Assembly: GCA_030141605.1 (NCBI GenBank)
Contig: JAQGDQ010000054.1
Span: forward strand, 186,001-250,000
Length of the DNA: 64,000 bases
Source of the DNA: Tubiluchus corallicola
Taxonomy: Eukaryota > Animalia > Priapulida
Reading direction: 5' to 3'
Shown here: in pieces, positions 21,774 through 34,046 of the stretch
How positions within the stretch are numbered: position 1 is the first letter of the stretch
How the letters are laid out: every line of letters starts with the position of its first letter
Position numbers and translations under genes: made by a program
Notes under the pieces: generated by a model
What the model saw: only the letters and a program-made list of their open reading frames with translations
Database searches by the model: none
Told to the model about the DNA's origin: nothing

Positions 21774-22420
21774 CACATCTATCTAGAGCTGTAGCCTCGT
21801 CGGTTATATATACACCCATATATATATATATGCATATATGTGTGTGTGTTCCTTAATGTGAAAGTGCCCCATCAGCTTAATATTTAGAAAGTTTGTGTCT
21901 TCAATGACTTTTTGATGTTTTGCTGCTAGTTTCTACTGTCCTTTGTAGTTTTGTTATCTTAATCTAATTTGATATTTTACCAGCGTACAGCACAAGTTTT
22001 CTGAATTGATTGAATAACTGTGCTATCCTTTTTTATATTTTAATAAAGTGTTATTGTTTTCCTGCTGGTAAATAAAATCTTTAAGTAAACATAACTTCAT
22101 GATCTATGTTTGTGAGACAGAAGCTTAGATTGTTATTAGAGTGTCACCTGTAATTAGTGTAATGTCATACGTACCGTCTTCACAAATTGTGAAAATTTTC
22201 TGTACAAGCTGTCAAATGGTTTTCATTCTTATTCATTTTTACTTTTTTTCAGGTCAAGGGGTTCAATGAAGAAGTGCTGAAAATATTCCTGAAATTTATT
22301 TTAAATGTCCCAGAGCCTTGTCCTGCTGAAACAGAACCGTATCTATCCCCTACTGATGGCGATAATGTCTTGCAACAGCAAAAGGACCGGGTATCAAAAT
22401 TTTATCGAGCTTTTCTGTAG
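16786..22420 (+). CDS. MRPS30: Mitochondrial ribosomal protein mL65 / MRPS30 (PDCD9 family)
   Basis: Exons 16786-17586, 19174-19285, 19843-20013, 20715-20905, 22253-22420 (TAG) splice in phase. Motifs match MRPS30: Q.ITRTHL..GLP, SFWFVGG, QIR...PL, GDPCKYG, FSWLLAQAMFLGF..DLTYPLVTQTVTTDGQYWSF..YQLNT, NICW...LYDIIEHNQVKGFNEEVL. The basic, acid-poor N-terminus fits a mitochondrial presequence. The paralog MRPL37 fits less well. Confidence 0.9.
21026..21708 (+). mobile_element. Putative non-autonomous Helitron in MRPS30 intron 4
   Basis: Ends with short hairpin GCAAAA-gt-TTTTGC (21681-21694), 10 nt before CTAG|T (21705-21708). Begins in a TATATA tract and is more GC-rich than the flanks. The 5' end is uncertain. 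Confidence 0.5.
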
Positions 22421-22499
22421 CTACAATTCTATGCTGTTGTAACTTCAATTCCCAGTGACATGAAATTAGTTTCTGTCTGGTACACAGTGTATATTTTCT

Positions 22500-22524
22500 A
22501 ATAAAAATTCAAGAGGAATTTATT
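22500..22524. terminator. Back-to-back poly(A) signals: AATAAA (+, 22500-22505, MRPS30) and AATAAA (-, 22524-22519, candidate for MKK4)
   Basis: Both hexamers are visible. The + signal is 80 nt after the MRPS30 stop; the - signal is at the far end of an AT-rich tract running from the MKK4 stop. Another - candidate lies near 22672. Confidence 0.5.
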
Positions 22525-24062
22525 AATTTTTTTCCTGCCTTTTCAGTACAATAGTCAGATTCTAGATAAATGTTTTTACGATCTGCTACTTGTGACAATA
22601 TTGATACGCTATGATACATATTGTTGCAGGCAAAAAATACTCACTGAAAGACAAAAATTCTGATGTCAGAGTTTATTGCGTTGAAAAAAAACAACAAACA
22701 AATCATAGTCTATAAATCTCAAAACAATCACATTGTCATAGGTAAGAGTCACATAAAAAGCCACAACAGTTCGGATAAAAATGACAGTAATTTTTTTACA
22801 TAATCTTCTTCTGGCATCATAAAACCAAATGACTACATCAATTAATGTCAAGTCTACAACGTATGTACAGTTTTTCAGTAATAACAATGCTATAATAGCA
22901 TGCAACGTTTCACAACTGTGATATCGTTATTTCACTTGATGTTCAACTATAAACCATGTTAACAGTGACAATTAGTATCATGATTAGTAAAGACTTTCCT
23001 GCAATTTCTAAGCTGCATCTACATCACTACCATAAAATTCTACTCCAGTGATCAAAAATTATATCTGATATTTAAACTGCATAAAGGTTTTGTGTAGCAA
23101 ACAATGATTATATTATTGGTAGATTTTGAACTGCACAAAAGTTTATTTCTAGTAGATTAAGTGATGAATAACATGCAGTTAACTAAAATCTCATGCAAAT
23201 AATTTATATATTTAGGCTTACTACAAGTTAAACAATTGCTTCAATAAAGCAAACACAGCGAAGTTAACCAATTTTCACTGGAGGCACTACCAACTATTTA
23301 GCTGTTTAAAGATGCTTGATAATGTAGAAATGTGATTGATCACCCTAAAAATGTTACCAAGGTATCAAAGATAACTGTAACTGCAATTTACTTTTGCAGT
23401 GGTTTTAGATTTGGGAACTGAAGTTGGGCAGCATTTGCAAAAACCCTGGTTAAGGACATCAATTTTTATCTCCAGCGAACACGTTGCAGCCAACTTTTCT
23501 TTATTTCACTTACTGTATGCTTTATACAGTATTACAAGGTGGACTAGAATTCTGTTCACTCTAGTGCAATGTACAAAGTATGGCACAGATATAAGATTCT
23601 GCAGCTAAAGCTACGGCATACATTAGAAATCTATGCAGTTTGGTGCAATTTTCAGGAAATAAGGAATAGCAAAATAGCAATGCAATAACAACAAATTATT
23701 ATAACTTAGTATAATCTATAATCTAGGAGCCTATGACAATAGTTTATGCATTGCTCTGTCAGTGTAATTATTTGCCTACTTTCTAATGTTCATAACAGTT
23801 ATTATGCAAACTCAAGTAACAGAAGTCCTGTAATAAAAATCAATAATTAAACTTGAATGAACTACTGCACTTTAGTTGGTTTGTGCACATTGATTATAAA
23901 AGTTTACAAGCTGTGGTTATAGTACTGGTGCAGGTGGAAGACAAATAAATGCACTCGAAAGGTGTTTGTTGCTTACTGTATAACTTTGCACTTCATCATT
24001 TATCAGAGTGGCTACACTATTTACATTTCTGTGTACCTTTAGACTTCACAACAAGCCAGTCG

Positions 24063-27000
24063 TTATTCTAACGATGACAAAGAATGCTCTGATTGGCTTG
24101 CTTGCCCAGGTGATGAAACCGATTCGTTGATCTGCTCAACAGTACTTCGAACATAATCGCCAATATCCAAGTCCATACTTTCATAGCGAATTATAAATGG
24201 ATGCCTAATCAAACCATTATACTTGGGTCGTTGTGTTTCATCTTTCTTCAAACTGAATGAAACATAAAGCAAATGTAGCAGTTACAATGCCCAATAAGTA
24301 GTGATATACAAATCACAATGTAAATAACAAAAGTTTTGAAATAAATCACAATGCAAAATGCATGTTTTGCTGACTGTCAAACAGTCACTTGATTTGAGTT
24401 TGGTACACTAAGTAACTTGGGTTAAATAAATAGAAACGTAGTAAGGGTAATTTTCTGAAGTGAGTAGTGCTACAATTATTGCTTCAAGTTTAAATACTCA
24501 CCAAGTATTGACAAAGCTTTTAAATTCTCTAGAAAAATGTGGATCATCATTAGAAATCTGTGGAGCATCTCCCTGAACGACTTGCGTCAACTGATCAAAT
24601 ACACTGTTCCATCGAGGATAGGGAAATTTCCCAGTAGCTACCTCAATCTGAATAAAAAACAAATTCTAATTAGCTGAAAATAAAAAATGCCAAATTTCAT
24701 TAGGCAATTAAGACAGTTTTTTAAGTTATGCAATGCCAGTGAAGGTAAGCCCATTGTTACTTCTATAAAAAGTCAGTTGTTGTCAGGCATATAGTTTCAA
24801 CTCTAGTCCTAAGTCGATGATAACTTTAAACACATTACATTAATGACCTTATTTAATATTTTACTAAACAAGTTTAATTATAAAATAAATTGGTTTAGTT
24901 ACAGGCTTAGCCAAAGTGAAAAACTGTAGAAATAATAATAAAACAAAACTGTAACATTAAACTCACAAAATTTCAAGACACTGCAAATGCTGTCTACTTG
25001 ATCAAATTTAGTTTGTAGAGAAAGAAGCTGTTCGAACTGCTAGCTCAAAAACTAGGAATGAGGACAGCTTTTTTATTTTGAACATCAAGATTATTAAAAT
25101 TCTGTCTCCTTTATGTCAGAAGTATTAGGTACTTGATGATTATTGGTGCACAAATAGTAAAATCATTTGAAAGATCAAAGAAAGCTGTAAGTCACAAATA
25201 TGAATCGAATTACTAGTTTAATTTTTCAGTTATTGTCAAGCCACTGAGCTGGCTTAGCCACCACTTGAGTCATCAATTCCTGAAAGTATACAGAAAGTTA
25301 CTTGTCATAGAAGATAATATAATGTTATATAACTTACAAGGGTGATGCCTAGACTCCAGACATCAGAACGCACATCATATCGTTGTGACCTAACTGGATC
25401 TATTCGTTCAGGCTAAAAAATTTAATTTTAAAATTCAATAAGAAAAACCCTTATAGAGTTAAACTGATAAATATGATTTTAATAATGTAGGCTCATAATT
25501 TATTAAATGCTACAGAACCAAATGCAGTTAATATTAAAATAGGGCAATTGAGACCATTATGCTCATAAGATGTATCGTTAAAAGTCACGTATAGTAATAA
25601 AAGGCCAAAATGAAAAATCAGGTTACAGCCATATAAGGTCGGCAACCAGCATCTCTTGTCTTTGCTATAGAATCTACAAGATGTCCACTAATGCCAAAAT
25701 CACACAGTTTGATATTGCCCTTAGCATCCATTAAAATATTTGATGGCTTTACATCTGTAACAAAAATGATTATAAATTGTATAATGTTATGACAGGTTTC
25801 CAATCATAAACAAAAATACTGATACACTGTCAGTACAATTTCTTCCACGACTAATGTTACGAGTAACGCAAAAGTTGTAACTAAAATTAATGCTATTTCG
25901 ATTACACTTTGTGGGCTTCTAAACGACTGTGCTTTTACATTTCACAAATTTATTTTAAAACAGCAACAGAGCAAATAAATGTGACCTACCTCTATGGATA
26001 ATCTGTAGTTTTTCTTTCAGATAGTTTAACGCCTTTACTGTCTGTAAATTGCAGAAAACTTATGTTACACATAATAATGTAATTGATGATGATGATGATG
26101 ATAAATTTTTATTGAAAAAACTGCAATACAATAATATACAAAGAGTCACCATTTGCAGGCTATGATGTAACGATGTAACTCACCTATTTTTTTCATTTAA
26201 CTATGCTGGTAAAAAGAACAATAGTGTTTTGTGCAAATTTAAAAAAACTATATAACTGACTTGAATATTGTATTTCAAAAACACTAGTTACCTAATGTTG
26301 CACTACTTACCGCTACGGCTATTTTGCCCAGAAAGTTCTCGGGGATGGTTTGGCCATTTTCAAAAACAAATTTATAGAATTTATCAAGGGAAATATCCAT
26401 TAATTCCATGCATATCCAACAATCACCCTAGAAAACAATTACTTTCTGATTATTTCTATCGGTAGCAAAACACTTACCATTTCAAATATACAAAATAAAG
26501 ACTAGTTCAAGCTTAACTTATTGAATGTAAAGATGACTATGAAATTACTTATTCTGATATATTCCCAGTAATATGGGAATATGAAATTTCCCAGTAAAAA
26601 CAATGTGTCAGATAAAAATACTGACATTTCTTTATATATAAACAAACAAAAGAAAATTAAAAATGTATAAGTACCTCTTTAAACAGTGCACCAAAAAACT
26701 GTACAATGTATGGACATTCATTACTTCTCATGACAACGTCTAAATCCATGAGTAACTGCTTTTGTTCTTTCTCATCAACCGTTGAGCGAATTCTCTGCAA
26801 AATTACAAACATGTTGCTTTACTGAGCAAAAATGACAATTTCAGCATAAATGCTATTTTCAATGCTAAGAATTAAGCAACATATCCATCTTTATTTTGGA
26901 TTTTTTTATCGTTCCTTATGTAAAAAGGATAACACACAATTACTTGTAGTGTATTAGTAACATATTACCTAGTACTTGCGTTCTTATGGTTAATTACATA

Positions 27001-29763
27001 TATGTGCATAGTGTTTATACTTAATACACCTAAGCAGACTGCACCACTGCTTGTTGTGTAGTCCCTTTTATTTTATAATTGTAGTTTATAACTGTGCTTT
27101 AAATTCAAAATGACAGATCAAATATCCGAATTCGTCAATTGATGCGGAACCTGTTCTAGTATATTTCTGTAAACTATCATGATAATCTATTGCAAATTGG
27201 TGGGATCTTAGGCTTTTTTCAAAAATTATATTATCCCTGCCATCTTGAATTCAAAGTGGTGGTCAAAATCCGACTCTGTCAGTCGATGCGGAATTGGTCT
27301 TAGTATATGAGATAAGATAAGATAATATGATAAGATTTATAAACATGTGAAGTTTCATGCCGATCCATTGCAAATTCAAGGTGCCTTAAGTTTTTTCAAA
27401 AGGTCATCCCCAACAACAAGAACGAAATCAAGAACAACAAAATTCAGACGATTAGCAATTTGGGTCGAATTCTCAAATAAAAATAGAGAACGCTATAGAT
27501 AGACATTAGTAAAAGGTTTAGATTCTTTCTGAGACTGTCTCTGACCAACTCACCTCCGCCAGCTCAGTAAAGTCTGCCAGGGGTGTATGTGGGCAGTTTT
27601 AACAACACAGACACTTACAGCTGCAGAAACTATGTTGAAATTTTACTGTAATTTAAAATTTAGGGCAAATGCTCAGTACTAACCACATTAATCACTGAGT
27701 TAGGAAAACATAAAAAGGTGTTTACCTTTACTGCCATAACAATACCACTCTTCTTGTGAATCATCTTGTTAACAGTACCATATGCACCACGTCCAATCTC
27801 ACCATCATCCTTTAAATCATCCGCAGTAAAGTCAAATGTCTATAAAATAAACAGATTTTTTAAACTATCTAAAATTCTCTTATAAGCTCTTAAAAAATAT
27901 TTTTAAGAATTTCCACTTTTTGACTTGTTAATACTGTATTGTGATTTTGAATTCTATTTTGATTTTGGAATTTGTAAATGTGTGACAGTTTCACTATGAC
28001 GAATAAATATATATTTCAGATTAAATATTGGTTTAATACATGCTGATAGGTAATACATCTAAAATAATGTCAAGTAATACCACAGACAAAATGAAAAGTA
28101 AATTATATACCAATTCTGGAGAAATTTTTAGTTTTCCTGAAGACTCTAGACTAGATGATCGCAACCTCTCTCTGCAAAAATGAGTTGCATAGTATACAGA
28201 AATGATAACATGAGCAAAATACGTTACAAAAATTTTACCAATTATTACAGAGACAGTATAAAAAATAGTTTCGTCTGAATGTTAAAGACATGGTAAAAGC
28301 ACAGACACTGATCGATAACAGATAATTTAATTAATTTTATAATCAAGTGCTAATAAATTATACTGCTATTAAAACAAAATAAGTTAATGATGGAAACACA
28401 ACGAAATGGATTTCAAAATTTCACTTGCATTAAAAAATTCCATAGTAAAACAAAATAATGCAATATTAGCATGTGAATTCTTGCGCTAAGGGTCCATCCA
28501 CATATAACAATATCAAGTTTTCGGCCGATTTCGAGGACCTACCTATCTTGTGTTATAATGGTGTTATCACTTGCCCCACCACCTACCTACCCATTATATT
28601 GATTCAGTATCATACTGATGTATCTTTTTGTACATTTTATTTTTCCTCCTCCCAAGGACAGGCAGCAACATTACTTGGGTTGACTAACGGGACACCATCA
28701 GTGGATTTTACTGAAGGTATCAGGACCTTGTAGCATCATTTGCTGCTTGCACTTATGTGTGAAAAAAAGCGTGAAGTCAGATAACAATATTATGACTAAA
28801 TCACCTACCTACCATGCATTATAATGGAGTTATCACGTCTCCAACCACCTGCCTACTCTATACTTGATATTGTTATATCTGGATAGTCTCTAAGATCACA
28901 TGCTTCCATTATTTTTTCCAAATGCATAATTGATTTTAGTTAAAGTAGTAAAATAAGAAACTGTAACATTGCCTACATTGGAGTTTGTATACCAATACTG
29001 GCCAAAATATTTGATTTTGCTATCTTTCCTGATGATATAGTTGGCTTGCTGTTGAAGCATATTCGCAAACCCTTCCTTCTTTCAGCTGAAAATAAAAAAA
29101 TAGAAATATACTTTAATTCGTATTGTCCCATTTAAATATATTTGAATAGTTTTTTATAATTCTTATTTCTAAAATAATTGTGTTTTGCGTAATAACCCAC
29201 TCAAATCATCTGGCTATCAAACCACGGCTGTCAAATCTGCAGTATCGATTCAATTCAAATATGTTTATTGCTCAACAATGCTCAGATACATTGCAAGTAC
29301 ACTGACAAGGAGAAATACTCAAAATTAGAACTGCAGTATCTACCATAATGATATACATGCTTAGAAAATTTACGAACTTAGCATGAAAAAGCAAAAACCT
29401 GTAAATTTGTTCAGAATGGCAAAATGCACATGACCCATAGCATACAATAACGTTGATTGTAAACTGAAGTCTATGTTTGTACTACAATCAATCGACCCAG
29501 TAAAAAGCCATTGCTGTATAAAACACGTGTGATAAATATTTCAATAAACTTTTACTTAAAATTATTCCTATAAATCTTGTTATTCTTCGAGTGACTAGTG
29601 TAACAGCCATCACATAATTAACCTTGGCAAACAATCCAGTACCCCTTAATCCCACATGTCAAACATTATGTCACAGCCTAGACTTGGAATTTTGGATACC
29701 TTGAGAAAGGTCGGTTTGTGTAACTTCTTCATCTTTCCTGCCAGTAGGTATTCCAGGATCCAT
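24063..29763 (-). CDS. MAP2K4: Dual-specificity MAP kinase kinase 4 (MKK4/SEK1)
   Basis: Minus-strand exons 29763-29700, 29085-28977, 28171-28111, 27839-27726, 26794-26675, 26427-26311, 26041-25990, 25754-25627, 25412-25338, 24647-24502, 24252-24063 splice in phase. Protein has docking site [111 protein letters not shown] and RPKY..L..HPF. The SIAKT loop is MKK4-type. The start codon is the least certain part. Confidence 0.96.
27095..27480. repeat. Interspersed repeat with internal ~140 bp tandem units and GCCATCTTGAATTCAAGATGG-like palindromic motif; a second inverted copy lies at ~37940-38300
   Basis: Internal repeats such as aaattcaaa.tg..g.tcaaa..tccga...gtca.t.gatgcggaa occur twice. Reverse-complement matches at 37940-38300 include aaaaaagcctaagg.tccaccaatt.gca and gccatcttgaattc. 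Confidence 0.65.
28490..28890. mobile_element. PIF/Harbinger (Tourist-like) MITE in MKK4 intron 2
   Basis: 29 bp TIRs gggtccatccacatataacaatatcaagt versus rc gagactatccagatataacaatatcaagt (25/29 identical); TAA TSD at 28487-28489 and 28891-28893; internal direct repeat acctaccta..ttataatgg.gttatcac. Confidence 0.85.
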
Positions 29764-30089
29764 GTCCAAAACTCGTCTACTGCAGCCAGATTGCTCACTA
29801 ACACCAGGCGCCACCTCAACTGGCCCCGCACTTTCCGTGCCTACAACAGCAAAGGTGCTGCTATCGCGGCACTCCGAATCGGACGAGGGACTGGATGGGG
29901 GAGAAAGCTGACTGTGTAATCGTCCAATTTTTCTAACGTACTGCTACGAAGTTATAAATTAAGAGAAAACAGTACAGTAATAAACTCCTGCGTAACTTAT
30001 TGCTGTAGCAATAATCCTAGTTACTAAAACAGTGAATGAAATACGAAGAAAAATGAGAGTTACAACAGAATTTATTTCCAACTTTTATT

Positions 30090-30500
30090 ATGAAGGTCGC
30101 CATTATGGTGATGCTAGATCCAACAGACGAGCGCTAACAGTCAGCATCTTTATTTTCGTAAAAATAAATTAGTTAGAATTGCTAAGCAAAATAACGAAGC
30201 GATAAAAAACATACGCTACGCTTATAGTTTTCTGCTTTAGCAATGGCCAGAACAGAGTTTAGTTATTATATTTATTAACGAGACTGTAACGCTTCGGTAT
30301 GTAATCTATTTTGAGCCAAATTGTGTAACTTCGCTGCAGTTTATTTTCCAAGAAGCGCGACTAGCGCATGCTACTAGCCTACTTGACTAGTAGGCGACTA
30401 GGCGCGAGTATTTAAAATTCGAATCGAATGAAATTTGTGACTTTCGAATTCGATTCGAACGTTCTAACTCGAAATTTGATGCTCACCACTACTCGTGACT
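30090..30500 (-). promoter_or_regulatory. Probable MKK4 promoter / 5' region
   Basis: CpG-enriched relative to the window; YY1-like ATAATGGCGACC near 30106-30095 on -; small palindromes at 30379-30395 and 30418-30459. Inferred from position only. Confidence 0.4.
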
Positions 30501-31020
30501 ATGCAGTGCAAAGTACAAAAAATAACTAATGCGAACATGTCACATGTAGTAGTACTTTTTACCTGTAAGTGTCAGCTGAAAAGGCAAAATCTGACTGCAG
30601 CATGTTAATATTTTGCTGGGAGTATAGTCAAAACAATGAGTAATAAATAGTACAGAAAAGCATTACCAGCAGCTGGCATTACATCGTTTAGTACAACAAA
30701 GTATTGCTAAATTAGCAGCTAGTCTACCACGCCTTTAACATTTAGTATGGAAGTCTCATGCGCCGTCCATAACATGCAATCTTAAAAGGTATGATTGCAG
30801 CAGCGGCTCAAAATTTCTGGGTTTGATTTTTTTCGATCAAAATGACCCTTTGACCCGCCGAACACGTTGGAGCTGTCCTATAAGACAGAATGGAGGCTAA
30901 GTTGATTTTAGAACTTGCCACTGACTAGTATTCAAAAGACAACTTTTGCGACTCAAGTTCTATCTGTTCGAGTGGTTCCTCCTGCTGTAGTTTATTAACC
31001 AATTAAAGTGGCGTTTACAT

Positions 31021-31196
31021 TTTACATAGCATCCAGAGGCGTATGCATTTTGGGGCGTGCGGAATAGATAAAATCGATTTGTATTGTTTTCAATACACCC
31101 GTTTATGCAGCCTACATATACGTTATTCTTTTTCTGGAGTTATTCCTATTGATTTTCTGCAGGTGGAAACTCATACGCAGCCGGATGCTACGTAAA
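31021..31196. mobile_element. 176 bp MITE / foldback between NCK 3' end and MKK4 promoter
   Basis: tttacatagcatccagaggcgtatg versus rc tttacgtagcatccggctgcgtatg (21/25 identical). Confidence 0.7.
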
Positions 31197-31283
31197 TAAT
31201 AATCTTTACACATCACTTTTATTAGAAAAATAGAGCAAGAAAAACCAGGAAGATATCAAGTAACAGTTATTGTGATTAAATTA

Positions 31284-31289
31284 TTTATT
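31284..31289 (-). terminator. Candidate NCK poly(A) signal, implying a ~2.8 kb 3'UTR
   Basis: TTTATT on + at 31284-31289 (also 31218-31223). The intervening 31.3-34.0 kb is A-rich on + (U-rich on -), as expected for a 3'UTR. Confidence 0.4.
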
Positions 31290-34046
31290 CAGTGTTATAT
31301 TAATGAATTCATGATACAACTGGAAAAAGCTCATAGCTGAGGGCTCAACTTATCATACAACTTAAATAAGCATATAAAGACCATATCAACTAGCATTGTC
31401 TGGCAAGCGCACAATGTATCAATTTGTGTCCAACTAGAGTTTAACATCTCACATTTGCGTTCATGGAGAAGGTGCGTGAAGTCTGGATAAACGGAGTTAC
31501 AATAAAAACTGACTAGAAATCTGGAAAAATACAAAATTTATAACAAGTAATGACTGTGAACACACAAGGGCTGCATTGAGTTACAAATTTCACAGTGTAC
31601 AAACACGTCATATAAAAATCGATTATTTTTCTTAACAATAAATAAACGCAAATTAACAACAATTATAATTATCTACAAAAGTAAAATAATAATTAAGCAG
31701 AATCGCCTTTGCCTTTCAGCCCAACATAGGCAATTAAGTGTTAAAATTCCTCCCTACAAATTGTTTATATACTATACAACCAAAACAAATACACATTGTT
31801 CTAGATTTCTAAATAAAAATCACTAGACCAATCACATTAACAATATTAATAAAAAATAATAATAAACTATACAATCTGATATTGCTTGTAATTATAATTA
31901 ATAGCAACTGCAAAATTTTGTAGCAGATCGAAATGCACTTAATAAAACTTGTTCAAATAAATAAAATTTCATTAAACAAATAAATAACAATGAATGGTGC
32001 TCTTAAAAAGCATGTCACAATCATGTGTTTCAAATTGTTATAGCTGCTGTGAAAGTTTCACAATAACAAATAAACAGCCAGAGGACACGCAATTCAAAAA
32101 GCACTTGAAAGCCAAAACTACTATAAATATAAGGCAGTATTAATATAATTCTTCGTTTTCTATAACTGCTTCTTGCCCACTGTTTAGAGACAGCAAAAAC
32201 TTTAGTATTTGAGTTACAACAGTGAAAGTTACAAATTAGAACAGCTTGACTGCAAGTTTAGTTCAAGCATCTTTCAATAAATAAAGAAATTCAAAGTTTT
32301 GGTTATTAATCATCTTTCTCAAAAATCAAACCCTTTCTTAAGAATTATGCAGCTAAGAGAAACATAGAATTATGCTGAGCTTTTTCCATTAAAAAAATTT
32401 ACTTATGCTCAAAGAATAATTAAACTTGATGGAGATGTGGCAATGACAATAAAAACGAAGTGTGTGTGAAATCACTTTTTACCAACGGATCACACAGGGG
32501 CTTTAAAGATTTTCTGACAACTAAATTTCTCAAAGGAATATAATATCTCAAAGGAGTATAGGAAGACTTGCAGGTGCATTAATCAATATTTTATGCTTCA
32601 GTAATAAATCCAGCAAATTAAAATAACAAATGTTGTACTACATTTTTGTACATGCAAATACCATTCATCAACAGGAACAGAAGTATATAATGTTATAGTG
32701 GGTAAATTAAAAGTCTGCAGGCAAACCTAACTGCAGCAACTACCAGTAACAATATTAAACAAAAATTTAATGAATTCACACAAATGTAAAAATGAGGTAA
32801 AAAGTTGGCGTGTTGTCCTTGAAGAAAACTAAAATTATACACAGAAAAGCGGTAATTTAAGCAGTCTCACATAATTAAGGACTAATTAGGATTAATGACC
32901 AAAATGTCCCATAACTGGTAATAACTCTGTTTATGAAAAGAAATATGTACAAATTTGGTTAGCGAGTTGGGAGTGACTTGGTCCTTGGAAAGGTTGACGA
33001 AGTTCACAAGCCAGAACCTAGAAGCTTTCATTACAACAGACCGGCTAACAGAAGTTGCATGCTAAAGGTGCTCGACTCAGTATTTTTAATGCTTCACTTT
33101 AATACAGATATTGACCTAATAAACGTTTTGTCAATAACAATATACTGCAGTGCACACAATACATATCTCGGACTTCCATTTAACCCAATACACCCAATGA
33201 GACTAGTCATAGGTAGACTGCCAAGCAATTAATGCACACGTGGCCGGTTATATGTCAAATAAGTTCAAATTGACTAGAATTACAACTACATTAATAATAG
33301 CAAAATTATTACTGACTTACAATCTCTAACAGCAACTGTGTATATTAAAAATGGCAAACATAAGAACTGCACACAAGAAAAGAAACAACTTATTACAGTG
33401 ATAGCAGCTTTTGATACCATTTATGTACTGCCTCATAGGATTTAATTAAAAAACCAAGAAGAAACTGTGAATAAATTTAAATTGATTTAAAAAAACAATG
33501 GTACATCTGTCATTCTACAGCAGTAATGGTATATAGATATGGTAATGTAAAAGCCCCGATTACTTGAAAGCACTGCAATCTACAAACATTTTTAACACTT
33601 ATCAGTCTAGTGAGCTACAAAATTCTTTACATATGTACAATGAGCAAGTTCAACTGCTGGGTGAACAGTAAATCTACAACATTTAGGTATATTCAGTTTA
33701 TTAAATTAATAATTATGTAATGATTAATGTGGCATTTCATTTAGCTGCATTTAGAATTAGTCAAAAGCAGTTTATAAGAACAATATAATGAATGAACTCA
33801 CAATGAAGATTATTTGTCACATTAAAACAAAATGTAAGCAGCATTAATAACAGATTACAATGAATTGAATTAAGAGAAGCATAAAAAAACAAGTAAACAT
33901 TATATGCACGTAAAATTTGTTAATACAATTTTTACAACTCATTTGTGACACGTTTCAAACTCCACAGTAACATATTTCTTTTCACCAGGTTTTAATATAT
34001 TTGTAATTTTAAATAACAAAGACATTCTCTAGACGTTATGCAAACA

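Noticed and set aside
16786-22420. Call as MRPL37
   Set aside because: Same family, but GDPC.YG, AQAM..GF, NICW and VKGFN.EVL match MRPS30/mL65.
22418-22501. Stop-codon readthrough of MRPS30 (TAG CTA followed by an open frame to TAA)
   Set aside because: The established leaky context is UGA-CUAG. The extension runs into the poly(A) signal and resembles no targeting motif; no supporting evidence.
29646-29919. ORF-track entries 29646-29831 (-) and 29656-29919 (+)
   Set aside because: Alternative-frame and antisense shadows of the GC-rich MKK4 first exon; not in the frame that splices into the kinase.
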